DNA of 64,000 bases from Octopus sinensis (taxonomy: Eukaryota), in the NCBI RefSeq assembly GCF_006345805.1, contig NC_042997.1:211048001-211112000 (forward strand), given 5' to 3'. Shown in pieces: positions 25,157 to 38,469 of this stretch. Numbering within the stretch: position 1 is the stretch's first letter; every line of letters begins with the position of its first letter. Below the pieces are notes generated by a model. That model was not told where the DNA came from. It ran no database searches and saw only the letters and a program-made list of their open reading frames with translations. Made by a program: the position numbers and the translations under genes.

Positions 25157-25224
25157 GACACAGAAATAAACAGGGAGAGAAAATAGAAAAAGGTTTAGTG
25201 GCTAGCAATCTATCATGGCGAATC

Positions 25225-25264
<40 letters not shown>

Positions 25265-25639
25265 ATATACACACACATACATACATATATCTCATCCTCA
25301 TTTAATGTCTGTTGTCCATGCTGGCATGGGTCAGATGGTTTGACTGGGCTGGCATGCAGGGAAAGGCTATGCCAGGATTCAGTCTGATTTGGCATGACTT
25401 TCTACGGCTGGTTGCCTTTCCTAACGCCAACCATTGAGAGTGTAATGGGTGCTTTTATGTGCCACCAGCAAAAGTGCCATTTATGTGACACTGGTATCTG
25501 CCACAACTGTGCTTTTGCTCAGCTTGATGGGTCTTCTTTTCAATTATGACATAATGCCAAAGGTCTTGGTCATTGCCTCTGTTAGGCCCAACACTTGAAA
25601 GGAACTCAGCCGCTTTGCCTCCATGCAGCCCAGCCACTT

Positions 25640-26040
25640 CGAGCCCTGTGCTAGTAGGGTGTTCAGAGCACCATCCGAGCGTGATCATTGCCAGAGCGGC
25701 TATCTGGCCTCCTTGCCTGTGGCACGTAAAAGACACCATTCGAGCATGATCGTTACCAGCATCGCCTTACTGGCACCTGTGCCAGTGGCATGTATAAAAA
25801 GATTCGAGTGTGGCCGTTGCCAGTACCGCCTGACTGGCCCCCGTGCCGGTGGCACATAAAAAGCACCCACTACACTTACAGAGTGGTTGGCATTAGGAAG
25901 GGCATCCAGCTGTAGAATCTACCAGATCAAGATTGGAGCGCCTGGTGCAGCCAGCCATCTGGTTTGCCTGCCCTCAGTCACATATTGTCCAACCCATACT
26001 AGCATGGAAAGCGGACGTTAAACGATGATGATGATGATAT
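25640..26040 (+). mobile_element. RTE 3' UTR fragment with tandem units
   Basis: GTGCCGGTGGCAC units, then the conserved RTE tail and (GAT)n running into (TA)n. Confidence 0.75.
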
Positions 26041-26552
26041 ATATAGCGTGTGTATGTATATGTAGAAATAGATGTGCGCACTCCTCCATACTCATATCAT
26101 GGAGGTGTGTGTGGGGGGGTTGTCTTGCACAAGGTATAGGTGCTTTGCATACAACCACATGCAGTGTATCAAAAGTAGTGGAGAAGATGATGGTAATACA
26201 AAAGGTGGGACGAGAGAGGGGAGAGATGTCTCAAGTGGCAGGGCTGGTTGCCGGCCCTTAAGGTGTTGGCTTTGGTGATGACCACTTGCTGTTGTCACTG
26301 TGGATGTTTCTCTCATGAATTTGAAATATCGACAACAACCACCACCTTGGATCTGAACTGATATTTCTGCTGAAGAGAGAATGAAAGTCACCACATCACA
26401 TCGTCAGTCATTTTATTGCACCAAATCTCATCTCTATATTCTTTTATTTGTTTAGTCATTTTACTGCGGCTATGCTGGAGCACAGCTCAAAGGTTGCTGT
26501 TTTAACACCGTTGTTGAGATCCAGATTGAATCAGAAAAAGTCCTTAACTTGC

Positions 26553-26763
26553 TTAACCCTTTCGTTACTGCATTTATTTTGAGATGTTTTGGGTTCCTTT
26601 CAATTAATTTAAAATATAACCAAGAATTTAGTAAAATTACTTTCGTTATCATTAAGGAACATAAATTGTGACATAATGATTTTAATTGAGAACTTTTGAA
26701 AACAAGGCATTTGTACTAAAGAACCAGAGGTGGTTTCAGCTGGGTTGGAATCAAAAGGGTTAA
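26553..26763. mobile_element. piggyBac-type MITE (second family)
   Basis: TTAA-CCCTTT...AAAAGGG-TTAA termini; the body differs from the 11466/24107 family. Confidence 0.7.
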
Positions 26764-28445
26764 GTATTGTTCTATATGGAACTGCCTAAACAGTGTAACT
26801 ATGGCAACCAAGATGAGAGCAGTAAGCCATGCATAATGATAATTTCACAGAAATTCAGAAAATTTTTTGCTATGAGTCCACCTTGGTTACAGGCATTCTG
26901 ATCCTTATAAACTGTAATAGCAAAGGGAATAACTGTTGTTAAGTAACAGGTTTGTGATTGAAATAATATAACTTGTCTTGGGAGGATCATTATACCAACA
27001 ATACACACACACACTGGTTTTATTTCACTTCTTTATTAATCATTGAACCAATTAACTGATGGTTTAATTGTTTTCAGATAATCAATCAGCTCAGTTCATC
27101 AGTCCTTTGCTAGTCATAACCTCATCAATGACATACCCTGCCCTGTCCCCCACCCCACGTCTGTCTAAGGTGACTCTGACAAACCTAGCTGATTGATTGA
27201 TGGACCGAATTATTAATCAAACAATTATTTAGTTAATTGGTTAAAAGCTTAACTAGCTGACTAATAGTAATAATGATAATAATAAAAGAAGTTCAACAGA
27301 GCCAGTGTGGGTGTGTTTATTATTGGCATAGTGACCCTCCCAAGATACAACAAAATCTGTTTCAACACATGAGTTCATATCAAGAATCTTGCCAGCCGAA
27401 TCCAAAACTGAAAGAACATAACTTGTGGTTCCTAAAATACCTCAGCATATTCTATTCACAGAAGCCATTCTAAGCATCAGGCGTAGAACTAAAAATATAG
27501 CAGAAAGGTGTGTAGACGGGGTCTCCAGGTAAAGTGTTGTTGCTATAAATAAACCGAGCCACTCCTTTGTATCTTCGTTTAATAGAGACAAGGAATGTTG
27601 TCCCCTCCCCCCCTCCGTTTATTTCCTACAAAAATATTTTTCTCTTCTTCTTTGTTTTCATTGTTTTTTTAATCCGTTTTTTCGGCAGCTGTTTTGAACT
27701 GATTCTTCATGTTTTTAACCCCAACCAACCAACTCACTGGTTCTGACATCAAAACTCTCTTATTATATTTCCCTTCTGCAATTGCAGACATTAATTAGTA
27801 GCAGAATAAAAAAAACTACGATGGGGGGGGGGGAGTTTCTCTGTACGTTTGCTGCTCACTTCTGTGAAAACATAAGGTAGGAAGAGAAATATGTTGGTTG
27901 CTGAGCACGACTCAGTTTTAATATGTTGAGTGTTGACTCTCACTCAGTCTAAATGTAAAGATTATTGAGTCTGACTTAGTTTCACCCTTTTGTTACCAAA
28001 TTTCTGTTGAGATGCTCTGGGTTTCTTTCAATTAATTTCAAATACAATTTCTGTTTTTAAGCTTTGTACTTATTCTGTCAGTCTCTTTTGCCAAACTGCT
28101 AAGTTATGGGGATGTAAACAAACCAACACGGGTTGTCAAACAGTGGTGAAGAACAAACATAGAAATGAACACACACACGCACATATATATATATATATAT
28201 AATGGGCTTCTTTCAGTTTCCGTCTACCTAATCAACTCAAGGCTTTGCTTGGCCTGAAGCTATAGTAGAAAGACACTTGCCCAAGGTGCCATGCAGTGGG
28301 ACTGAACCCGGAACCATGTGGTTGGTAAGCAAGCTTGTTACCCAACAGCCGCACCTACCCCTATTTATTGTATCCATTTTATTGAAGAATATCAGTTCTG
28401 GCACCATTTCTACTGATTTGTTTTTGTGTTTTTTTTTTGTTTTAG

Positions 28446-28571
28446 ATGTCCAGTAGTCCAGTTATTGTTGAGTTCTTTGAAGCCCGTTCGCATGACCCAA
28501 TTCCACCGATGAGAGAACCTTTGGAAACCACAGACTTCTACGAGATGGACGAATACGATGCCTACACATGA
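28446..28571 (+). CDS. PX-domain gene, terminal coding exon (phase 0 to stop)
   Basis: Long poly-T acceptor ending tttag. Reads MSSSPVIVEFFEARSHDPIPPMREPLETTDFYEMDEYDAYT*. The phase fits the 21737-21834 exon, and FFEARxxD..PP matches the Tks5 PX end (FFEARPEDVNPP, from memory). Confidence 0.8.
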   Translation: MSSSPVIVEFFEARSHDPIPPMREPLETTDFYEMDEYDAYT

Positions 28572-31366
28572 ACACCACCCAAGACAGTCTCTGCTGCTGT
28601 TGATGTACATAAAACAAGGAACAGGCCTGGCTCTAGCTACTATTGCTACCAAAAATTTGGTACGGTTCTAAAGAAGACGTGAACAACTGTTGAATTCAGT
28701 TTATTATTTTTTTTTTGTATACATATAATAATAATAATATTGTTTTTGTTGTTATCCTTTTTTTTTTATCTTAAGATCTGAGAAAAATATCTCTATGAAT
28801 TTCTCCACACAAGAGAAAATTGTGTGTTTTTGATTGTGTGTATATATATACATATATATACAAACATATTCATACATAGAGTGAAAGAATTGAAATCTTA
28901 TTTGTCTTCTTTGGTGACTTTGTTTTTTAACCTTTGAACTCTGGTTTGTCACAACTATTGTAAACATCATTAATATCTTCATTGCTTTCATCAGCATCCT
29001 CATCAGCTGTAACAACAGAAACACCACTGAATTAATTGAATTTCACCAAATGTTTGTCTGAAGGGAACTCACCTTCACAAAACCTACTAACGACCCCACC
29101 CCCCGCCTCCGTGTTTCGTCTTCACTTTGAATCTTTGTATTTATAAAACGACATCCAGTAAACGTGTATCATTTCTTGTGGACTGCACTCTTCTTGTATG
29201 CTAACTTTAAACTAATCGAGTGAGAGTGTATGTGTGTGTGAGTGTGAGTGACATGGTCAAACCAGACAATCTTCGTGTCTTGTTTTTGTTGATGTTGTTT
29301 TATTTCTGACAGAAGATAATATTTTCTTCTTTCCCTCATCTTTGCTTTTCTCTGGGGATCTTCCGACTGAGAGAAGATATTCTATTTCACTTTCATCTCT
29401 GCCGTCTTCTGCTGCTCTTCTCAGTATCTATTAAAACCACCTCCTACTCACACAACACACACACATATCCTTCTTTACCAATGTTTCCAATTTATTCCAA
29501 CCTCAAGCATTTTCTGATAAATTAATTGTTGTGGAATTTAAAAAAACAAAAACAAAATAGGAATTACCCCCCCCCCCCTCAAATTACCAAATTTTCATTA
29601 TTCACTGCCTGACTGTCAAATACTAAATAGGTAATATTTATTAACTGTCAGCTGCCATCACAATAAACCAAAATATTGGAACATATTCTTTCTCTCACCA
29701 TTTAATTACTTTCAATTCAAACAATAATTGCCGAATATTGTTGACGAAAAAAATACAACAATATATAAAACAAACAGAATAAATTAAATCTGTAATTACT
29801 GCTGTTGTTAATTAATCAAATTTGTTTAATCAAATCTGTGTTTGTTGATTTTTATTTCTAACACATTGTTAGTAAAAAAAAAAAAAAAGTGAGTTTGAAT
29901 GACTCATTACCATAGCAACGGGCAGTGACTCATCTCCATAGCAATTGAGATGCATAAAAGTCAACAGACCAATTTTAAAAAAAATACCACTCTATTGTGT
30001 TCATAGAAAAAAAACAAAAAAAAGATGACTAAAAAATCTCAGCTGATAGAAAATCCTCACAGACAAACTCCGACGTGGTTCTGGTCCCCTTCTTGCTCAA
30101 CCCGGTCCTCACCCATTTTCTCTCTAGATCTCTTCACACCCTCACCCAACGTCTTCCTTACTACAAAAGATTCTCTCAAGCTTACTGAACATCTTATCAA
30201 CCATCAACAGACTCGTTTTTTCCAACAAATAATCTCAGACAACCTCCCCCCACCTGCAGGAAAACTTCTTCTGTCTTCAAAATGTTTGGGGGTAGATGGA
30301 GGGCAGGGTTAAATTTTACCGATTTCTTTACATCTTTCAATGTCTTTATTCCTGCAACTAAATTGTTCCATTAAAATATTTATTGGAAACTCTGCAAAAA
30401 TATTCCGACTCCACCAAAATGAAATCTTTTGGAAAAACAAACGGAAATCTTTTTGCTTAGAATCTGTCATTCTAAATAAAGTCTGTTAATTACGTCAGTC
30501 GTTATTGGCATCAAGCTGAACCATTTCATCCTGATTTTGAGACTGTCCTGAAGGAATTATTATTATTGAGAATCTCTACTAAAATGGTTAGATTTTTCCA
30601 GAGGAATTTCCCTAAGATAAAATCTCTGTATTTGGAATTTTGTTGGATAAAGTTTTTCAGTATTTTCTCACAAAAGAACAATTAACCATTTTCTAAACAA
30701 ACAAAATAGAAATCTCTTTTTTTTTACATTTTTCATTTCCTTGAATAAATATTTGTTTTATACAAAATATTTTTTCTGTTTCTTGGGAAGGTCATGACCC
30801 CCCCCCACTCCAATACTATTTCACTATTTATTCTTTATTTACCTTTTTTTAAAAAATATTCCTTCAGTTTTAATGCTTTTGCAAAAATCAAGTGTTTAGT
30901 TTAGCAATCGTATATAATGTATCCACCTATCTAAAATAATGTGAGGTTGCTAAGCAATCAAAGCAGCATTGTATATATATCTATGTACTTCCTTCACTTA
31001 TGACCCTGGCAAGGGCTGATGGATGAGTGCCACACCAATTTGGTTTGCCCTGTTCTTATCAAATCAGTCAAAGTAGAACCAAAAGAGTCATCACTTAGTG
31101 TTTGACAAGATCTTTTTACTTTTGTCGACTTTCAAAGCCATTTGTACAATTCTGCTGCAGCATTTCATTGGTCGAAGCCCGTGATTCCCACTGGTGGGGC
31201 ATGGTAGGATTTTGGTGAGGGGCATGCTTAGGATTAAGTTGAATTTATACCTTCTGTACACAATGTTTAGTATACCAAAAAGAGAAAGGGGGCAACTCGA
31301 GAATGAGTTGATAAAAAAAAATCTTTACATCCCTTCCAGGGATATAAAAATTTTATCAAATTTTGA

Positions 31367-31517
31367 CACTTTAGAGACATCAGGTCATTCACATCATTTT
31401 TCAGGTGTTCATAAGATTGGATGTCTCTAAAGTGGAAATTATCTTATTTCCACTTTAGAGACATCAGGTCATTTAAGCTGTTCAGAAGATCTGATGTCTC
31501 TAAAGTGGAAATAAGAT
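31367..31517. repeat. Four alternating-orientation copies of CACTTTAGAGACATC (nested hairpins)
   Basis: Copies at 31367 (+), 31420 (-), 31451 (+) and 31493 (-). 31441-31467 and 31491-31517 form a perfect 27-bp inverted repeat. Confidence 0.9.
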
Positions 31518-33949
31518 TAGTGTGTGTTTCTTACACATTTTTAAAGAAAATTTTGTTTCCGAGTAATATTGTAAGCATTAATCATATTTTGAATAACAAA
31601 AATTAAATATCAGGATTTTAGAAATGATTTGAAGGGGAATGGCCAAAAATCAGTTGGGAACCATTTAAGACTTACCTTTGAATTTGCTGATTCTGACCAA
31701 TATATTTATTCTTTGATTAGCATTCAGTAATTATCAATGTATAATTACATTTTCTATCTCGTCAGTTTTCTTTTTATCACAATGGTCACTGTTAATTAAT
31801 TGATGACCATAGATATTAATTAAGGGTGGTCTCCGTTCCATTCAAAATGACCCTCAGCAGATTCCAATAAACCCAGAACTAAATGAGAAGAGCCAACCAA
31901 AGTCTCTCCAGTTTGATATTTAAGAAAAAAGAAAACATAGCAAACCTGTTTGTAGCTGTGAAAGCTATTCTTTATAATTCATGCAAAGAGCACAATTTGA
32001 AGGTCTAGAAATCTTGAATAATAAATTCTTGCATTGAGAATCTTATTTTCCAAGAGATTCTTTTGCTAAATCTACCTGAAAACCTGTTGTCTTTAAAATT
32101 GTTTCAAGAATAAACATACAGACATATATATATATACAAAGGTTTATTTACAGTGTCAACCCATCTGATATTATTAATAGCATCTCTTTGATGGAACCCC
32201 TTTCATCACATCTCTGCTCTCGTCTCACACCCATTTCTCTTGCATTTAAATCTTTCTTCATTTCTTTGGCTTTTCTGTCAGGAATTTTTGTTTTTCTTCT
32301 CAACATTGACTGCCAACACTGGTGACCCTAATTTTTTAATTAACCTTTTTTTTTTTATGTACTACTAATGAATGTGTTCATTGCTTTAGCTGTTTTATTT
32401 CTCCAACCGTGACGTGTGGCCCAGGAAGTTTCATTAATCCACGATGCCATATCATTTCAAGAGTTGCCATTATTGGTATCTCTCCAGATTATGAAGTTCT
32501 TGGATGTAGTCTGTCTGCCATTATTTTACTGTTATCTCTTCTGTGAAGAGGATCCTAACCATCAATCACTGGTATTCTGGGGGGGGGGGTCTGCCAATCA
32601 ACATCCTTCCCTCCCCCCATTCCCAGCCCCACAATGTCGACTGATCTGGTATCAGTGAGAATCAGCAGAAGTGTTTAGACTTCGCCCCAAATCAGTGATT
32701 TTAAGCACCAACTTCTTCAGATTGACTCTGAAATCCCTCTTTATCAGTAAAATATCTCTATTAACATAATGGTGACAAAAAGCTGGACACAGACAAACTG
32801 TTTCCAGTCAAAGAACTGAAAAATGGGGTCAAAATTATTTTTGCCAATTCCAGCCATCAACAGGAGAAATAAAAACATTTTGTTGTTTCATAAATTTTAG
32901 AGTTTCAGCTGAAACATTTAATCAAAACTGTTCATCTTTCTCAAATTGTTCGTTAGCAACCTGCACCAGGTTAATTAATTGTCATGTCAACATGTTAATT
33001 AGTGTCAACAAAGATTTTTCAAGTCATAAATTGGAGATTCTCGTGTTGAATCTCCAATATTTCTTTCTAGATTGAAACTAAATTCAATTCCAATTTGGAT
33101 TTCCAAGATTCTGAAATTCTTGAAGGTAAAATATGATCAAGAAAGATTCAAACATTGATTGGTTTGAACCAAATCCACCCCAATCAAAATGTATTTACAC
33201 TAGCCCCTCTATAATATGTAGATATATATATACACACATTTATATATATATAGATATTTTCTCAAAATGTTTCACTACAAATTGATCAATTATCAAAGTT
33301 AACTAATTGGACATTTCTATATTTCTATTAAAGATTTAAGCAAAATGGAATTTTTAAACTAATGACTATTCTTAGTTGATTGATTTTTCTTTTATCAATA
33401 AGATTCTTCTGAATATTGACATAGACACATTGGTGTGTGTGTGTGTGTGGAAGACAGAAACATGGGACCTTATTTACAAGATATGTAATTATTATAATCA
33501 AGACACATTGTCAAATCAGAGAAATGTGTAACTTTTATAGGAAAGAAACAAATGAATGCAGTAGTGTTACCTATAGAAATTACACATTCTCTGATGATTT
33601 GACAAGACTTAGTTATTGCAAATGACATTAATGCCTTGTGTCAATGAAACATGTGTCAGCTGGTGGAAGTAAATAATTTCTCATGTTCTGGTGTGTGTGT
33701 GTTTGTGTGTACACACGTTTGTTAGTTTTATGTTCTTTTTACCATGCTAGTATGGAAAGAACAGTTGTACAAGGAAGGAACACTTAACAGTGAAAGTGGA
33801 GCATGATACCCAGGTATATAAGGGTGGGATTGACTTCTTGTTGTATTCCGATTCACTTTTGCTGAGGAAATGGTTTTGTGAGAATGTAAAATTATTAGAA
33901 CGGGTGTACAAATGGAAGATTCAAAATGTTGATAGATTCATTACTTCCG

Positions 33950-34260
33950 AACTGTGTATGTGTGTCTGTATGTAAAAATGTATGCGTGTGTGTATATATA
34001 TATATCAATGTATATATGTGCGTGTATGAATGTGTATATGTATGGATGTGTATATATGTATATACATTGTGTATATATGTGTGTATACACTGTATATATA
34101 AGTATGTATGCATGTGTATATATGTGTGTGTGTGTATATATATACACATATGCATGTATTTATGTGTGTATGTATATATATATGCATGTAGGTATATGTG
34201 TGTATGTGTGTGTGTATATATATATATATATATAATGTATGCGTGTATATATATAATGTT
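33950..34260. repeat. Compound (TG)/(TA) microsatellite
   Basis: Alternating RY sequence; explains the spurious ORFs at 33895-34273. Confidence 0.95.
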
Positions 34261-37241
34261 TGTTCTTACATGAAGTTATATGAAAACAATTTCAGATGAA
34301 GCTGAGGCTCAATACTTTTTAGTAGAGTATATATGTATGTTTGTTGAACTTTTTACAAGGAAAAGGCTGACAGTGACTTCGAAGTGTCAGGCTGCTTGCC
34401 TTCATCCCATTGATGAAAGTGACCAAGCTGAAGCCTTGAAGTTGCTGTCAACCTTCAACCTTTCCTTTGTAAAAATTAATACACACACACACACATATGA
34501 AGAAAGAGGGTACCTTACCTCTGGTACCCCTGATGTTGTCTATGTCTCTGGATTCAGCCCCGATTGCAAAACAATGCCCCCCCACCACACATTATATATC
34601 ATTGGGTTGTTGTATTATATAAATCCACAGAGTAAAGAGTAAATTATTTTCTTACCGATGCCATTCCTCTGTCATCTCAACGGAATGACTTGCTACTCTT
34701 TTATTGTTAACACTGAAGAATCCTCACAGAATTGTTGCCGTTCAGAAAAACAAACCAAAATCTCAAATTGAAAAACTTCATTTAAGTCTTCCTTTTCACT
34801 ATTTTCTGGGGTGCAATAATAAATTTGCATCACGGAAGGAACCAAAATGGCAATTTTCTAATGTAAAATGATTTAGAAAGGAAAAAAAATTTAAGTAATT
34901 TCAGTTTTGTTGTATTGGAAACAATTAGTGACGTTTGCAAGTTTTAATTAACCATATCTAAATATATTTTGTAAATTATTAATGTAAAACTTTTAATATA
35001 TGAAACAGTATTTGGTAACGCTTCACACCCACCCCTCATTTCTAGATTTTGTTATGCAACAACATTATCTGATTCCTCCCTGAGCTGAAAACCAAACTGT
35101 TTTCAATTTGTAATCCTCTTCACCTCCCCCTAAACTTCCTCACCATCTTTTTTTATGGCTCATTACACTGAAGCCAAAAGCACTTTTTTCAACTGTGATA
35201 CGACACCTGAATCATTTTGTGTAAAAGTCTGTTAGAATAAAGTGTTGTCTTCTCAGTCTTTAAGACACAAATGAACCCAACACACAACTTTACATTTTTT
35301 TTTCTCCCGTGTCTTTTCTGGATTGACTCCAAATCTAATCACACTGTTCTTATCGTTGTGAATCTCTGTCAAAAGTCTGTCTTTGTTTTTAAGCATAATT
35401 TTTCAATTCAACCAAAACCAGATTCGTTTTGCCCCTTTATTCCCACAAACTGTAATATTCTGTACATTTTAGAGAAAAAAAAAATGAATAAATGAATTTA
35501 TTTCAAAGATTTAGTTTTGGTTTTCGCTTATTAACTCTTGTTATTTCTTTGCAGTCTTCAGATAACTTCGACTCTTTTCTCACAATATTTCTATTCAATG
35601 CTTTTGCTTCGATCAGTTTTTAGAAAGAATTTTGTAACATTATTATTATTATTATTATGTTAGGTGAAGAAAAAGAAGAATTTACTGTTTCTTTGTGTTA
35701 CCAATTCTTGCTACTGTCACTAAACGTATGGATAAACTTCTTCATTATTGCTTCTATAGCCCCATAAGGGTCAACGAGGAGTTCATTGCAAGCAAGACAT
35801 AGGATTGCCTGTGTAATAATAATAATAATAATAATGGAAAACGGGCATTAAATGATGATGATTAAGCTGGTGTTTAGAACATATCTTAAAATTTTGATTG
35901 GAAGACTTTAATTTCACTTTTTAACAGGAAATTTGTATCCAAGAAGCAGGAGGTTGGAATTGAAAGGGTTAAAGAGTAAGTGATTGGTGTTAGGAAGGCC
36001 ATTCGGTCATAGAATCCGTGCCACAACAGGCATTGGAGCCAAAAATGGTTGTTACAAGTTGTTGGATGTTGTCAAGCCATCCTACCCATGCCACCTCCAA
36101 AAACATTCTCACCATTTTATCATCCACTTTTCCATGCATCTGATGGATTTTATTGGGGGGCATTTTCTATGGCCAAATGCCATTCCTGTCACCAAGCTTC
36201 AACTGTTTCCAAGCAAAATAATATTTCCCCATCGCCAAATATTCTTCACAGGTGACTAGAAATCTTTTATCAAGACAGCTATCAAGCAGTGTCCGACACT
36301 AGGAATCACAAACACATACACACATGTCTATATATTTGACATGATTCTTTCAGCTTCCTTCTACTAAATCTACTCCCAAGACTTTGCTCAGCCTAGGGCT
36401 ATAGAAGACACTCACGGTGCCACTAAACCCGAATCCATACGGTTGGGAAGCAAACTTCTCAACCACACAACAAAACCTGTGCCTCACTAATATATGGAAG
36501 TGTGGAGCAGGAATATTTGCCAAATACCAACGGCTTGCCATGGAATTGAACCTTGAATCACTGTCTTCAGACATCAAATAACTGAATAAGACAAACAGGA
36601 TTCTGTCAAAGATTGATGACCACAGAAAAGAACTGACCAATCAAATCTCTAGCAGAAACAGCAAGAACTTGTTTTGATCAATAGCTATGATAACCAGCAA
36701 AAACAACAGACCCAAGTAGACTTTTTAAATACCAGGGTTGTAAAGAAGCATTTTGGGGTGGGGTGGGGGCACACAAACATGTCTAACACAAACTTGATTT
36801 GGATAGCATTCTACTGTTGTTTCAACAGCAATGTCTTTGTTAACCAGAAACATTTTGATTTGGAACATCACACAGACTTTTGTCCTTGCATCTCTTAACC
36901 AAACCAAAATGTCTTATTGTTTCACACACACACAGACACGTGTGTTTGCGATGTCTATGTTGTTGCTGCTTGTTTGTTTGTTGAGCGAAGCGGCCTTCGT
37001 GGGAGAAGTCCGAAACGTGGTCCTTTGCTATTCGTAAAAGCAACAGAAAAGTAAGCAGGTCACCCCCCCCCCCCGACACCGAGAGCATCGATGGATGGAT
37101 GAATGCGCATCCAGGCTCAGCGTTTGCGTAGGAAGTCGGGGTGTTGTTGCTGCTGCTGTATATCAATGAAAAATATGAAATCCATCACGAAAACTAAATA
37201 TAATAAGTATTTACAAACAAAAAGAAGACCCTGTGTAGTTT

Positions 37242-37341
37242 NNNNNNNNNNNNNNNNNNNNNNNNNNNNNNNNNNNNNNNNNNNNNNNNNNNNNNNNNNN
37301 NNNNNNNNNNNNNNNNNNNNNNNNNNNNNNNNNNNNNNNNN
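37242..37341. other. Assembly gap (100 N)
   Basis: Run of 100 N; the true size and contiguity are unknown. Confidence 1.
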
Positions 37342-38469
37342 CCTCAACAGCACAGAGATACAGAGGCACAACCCGAGATACAACCCAAAGAGGCAAGGCA
37401 ACAACTGGCAACACTGGCTTATATTCAAACAACAGTTTATACGACAATCAATTGCTACACATCAAATACATTTAAGGCAAACAACAAATCAATACATCAT
37501 ACGGTATACCACAGATCAAAGCATTTAACAACATGCATGTAACAATATAACTGTTCAGTAACGACACAACAAGTCCAGATCAAATAATGTTCACGATACG
37601 TCACAGTCCAATCAGAACACTTCGATACATTATACAATGTTCGTATCACAACAATTCACGTTACAATTCAACAAGTCCTTTACTCAATTCTTCACAATGT
37701 CCTTTATCGACCACATCGACAGAGTCCTTGACTGTTCTTTTCTGTTGGTCCGTATACACCGTGACACATATCAATGCACAAACACATACCTTAATTCCTA
37801 ACTGAATCGCCAGTGTCCCATTCTGCACTCATCTCTGAATACTGCCAAATCCTCTGAATACTCTGCTAATTCCCCTCTGTGCATATTCCAATCGCTTGCC
37901 CCTAGGCCTCCTCGCATCCCAGCTCGCTCCCAGGAATTCCAACGCTTGCTCCTTAAATCCAAGGTTCCATCCACTCGCTCTGACCTCCAGAGTCCGTCTG
38001 TCTTCTTCGACGACCAGCCACGAACTGCAAGATCCGTCTGTGTTCTTCGACGACCGCTCAACGACTGCCAAGACCTCACTTCGTCTCTGTGCTTCTTCCA
38101 CTCCCTCATCTCCCTCTGTCTATATCGCTCCTACCCTTTCTAACTGCTCTCTGATTCCTTACTCTATCTATATCGCCTCAATCCCTTAGCCTCTCTATCT
38201 GTCCCTTACTGCTTATCCTTTCTATTTGCTCTCAGCCCTTAATCTGTCCCTTTTCTTTCACTTCTTCAAGGGGTGCTTAGAATGACCTCCAATCGACCGC
38301 ACAAGGCCAGAGGTCCTTCCAAAACCCATTAAACAAGAACCTGTCACATTTTCACCAGACATGATGGTGCCATTATTCCTATGTGGGTCAACAGAAACAC
38401 TACACTAATTAAACCCGAAATGCACTTAGCCAACCGTAACAATATATATATATATATGTGTGTGTGTGT

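Noticed and set aside
27078-27200. Acceptor-like ttttcag as the next PX exon
   Set aside because: The required phase-0 frame stops after 11 codons; 28446 gives a far better PX continuation.
33895-34273. Overlapping ORFs rich in C, V, Y, H and T
   Set aside because: Translations of TG/TA microsatellite.
34280-34642. 120-aa plus ORF as an upstream PARP exon
   Set aside because: Runs through a (CA)n tract, has no domain similarity and no convincing donor.
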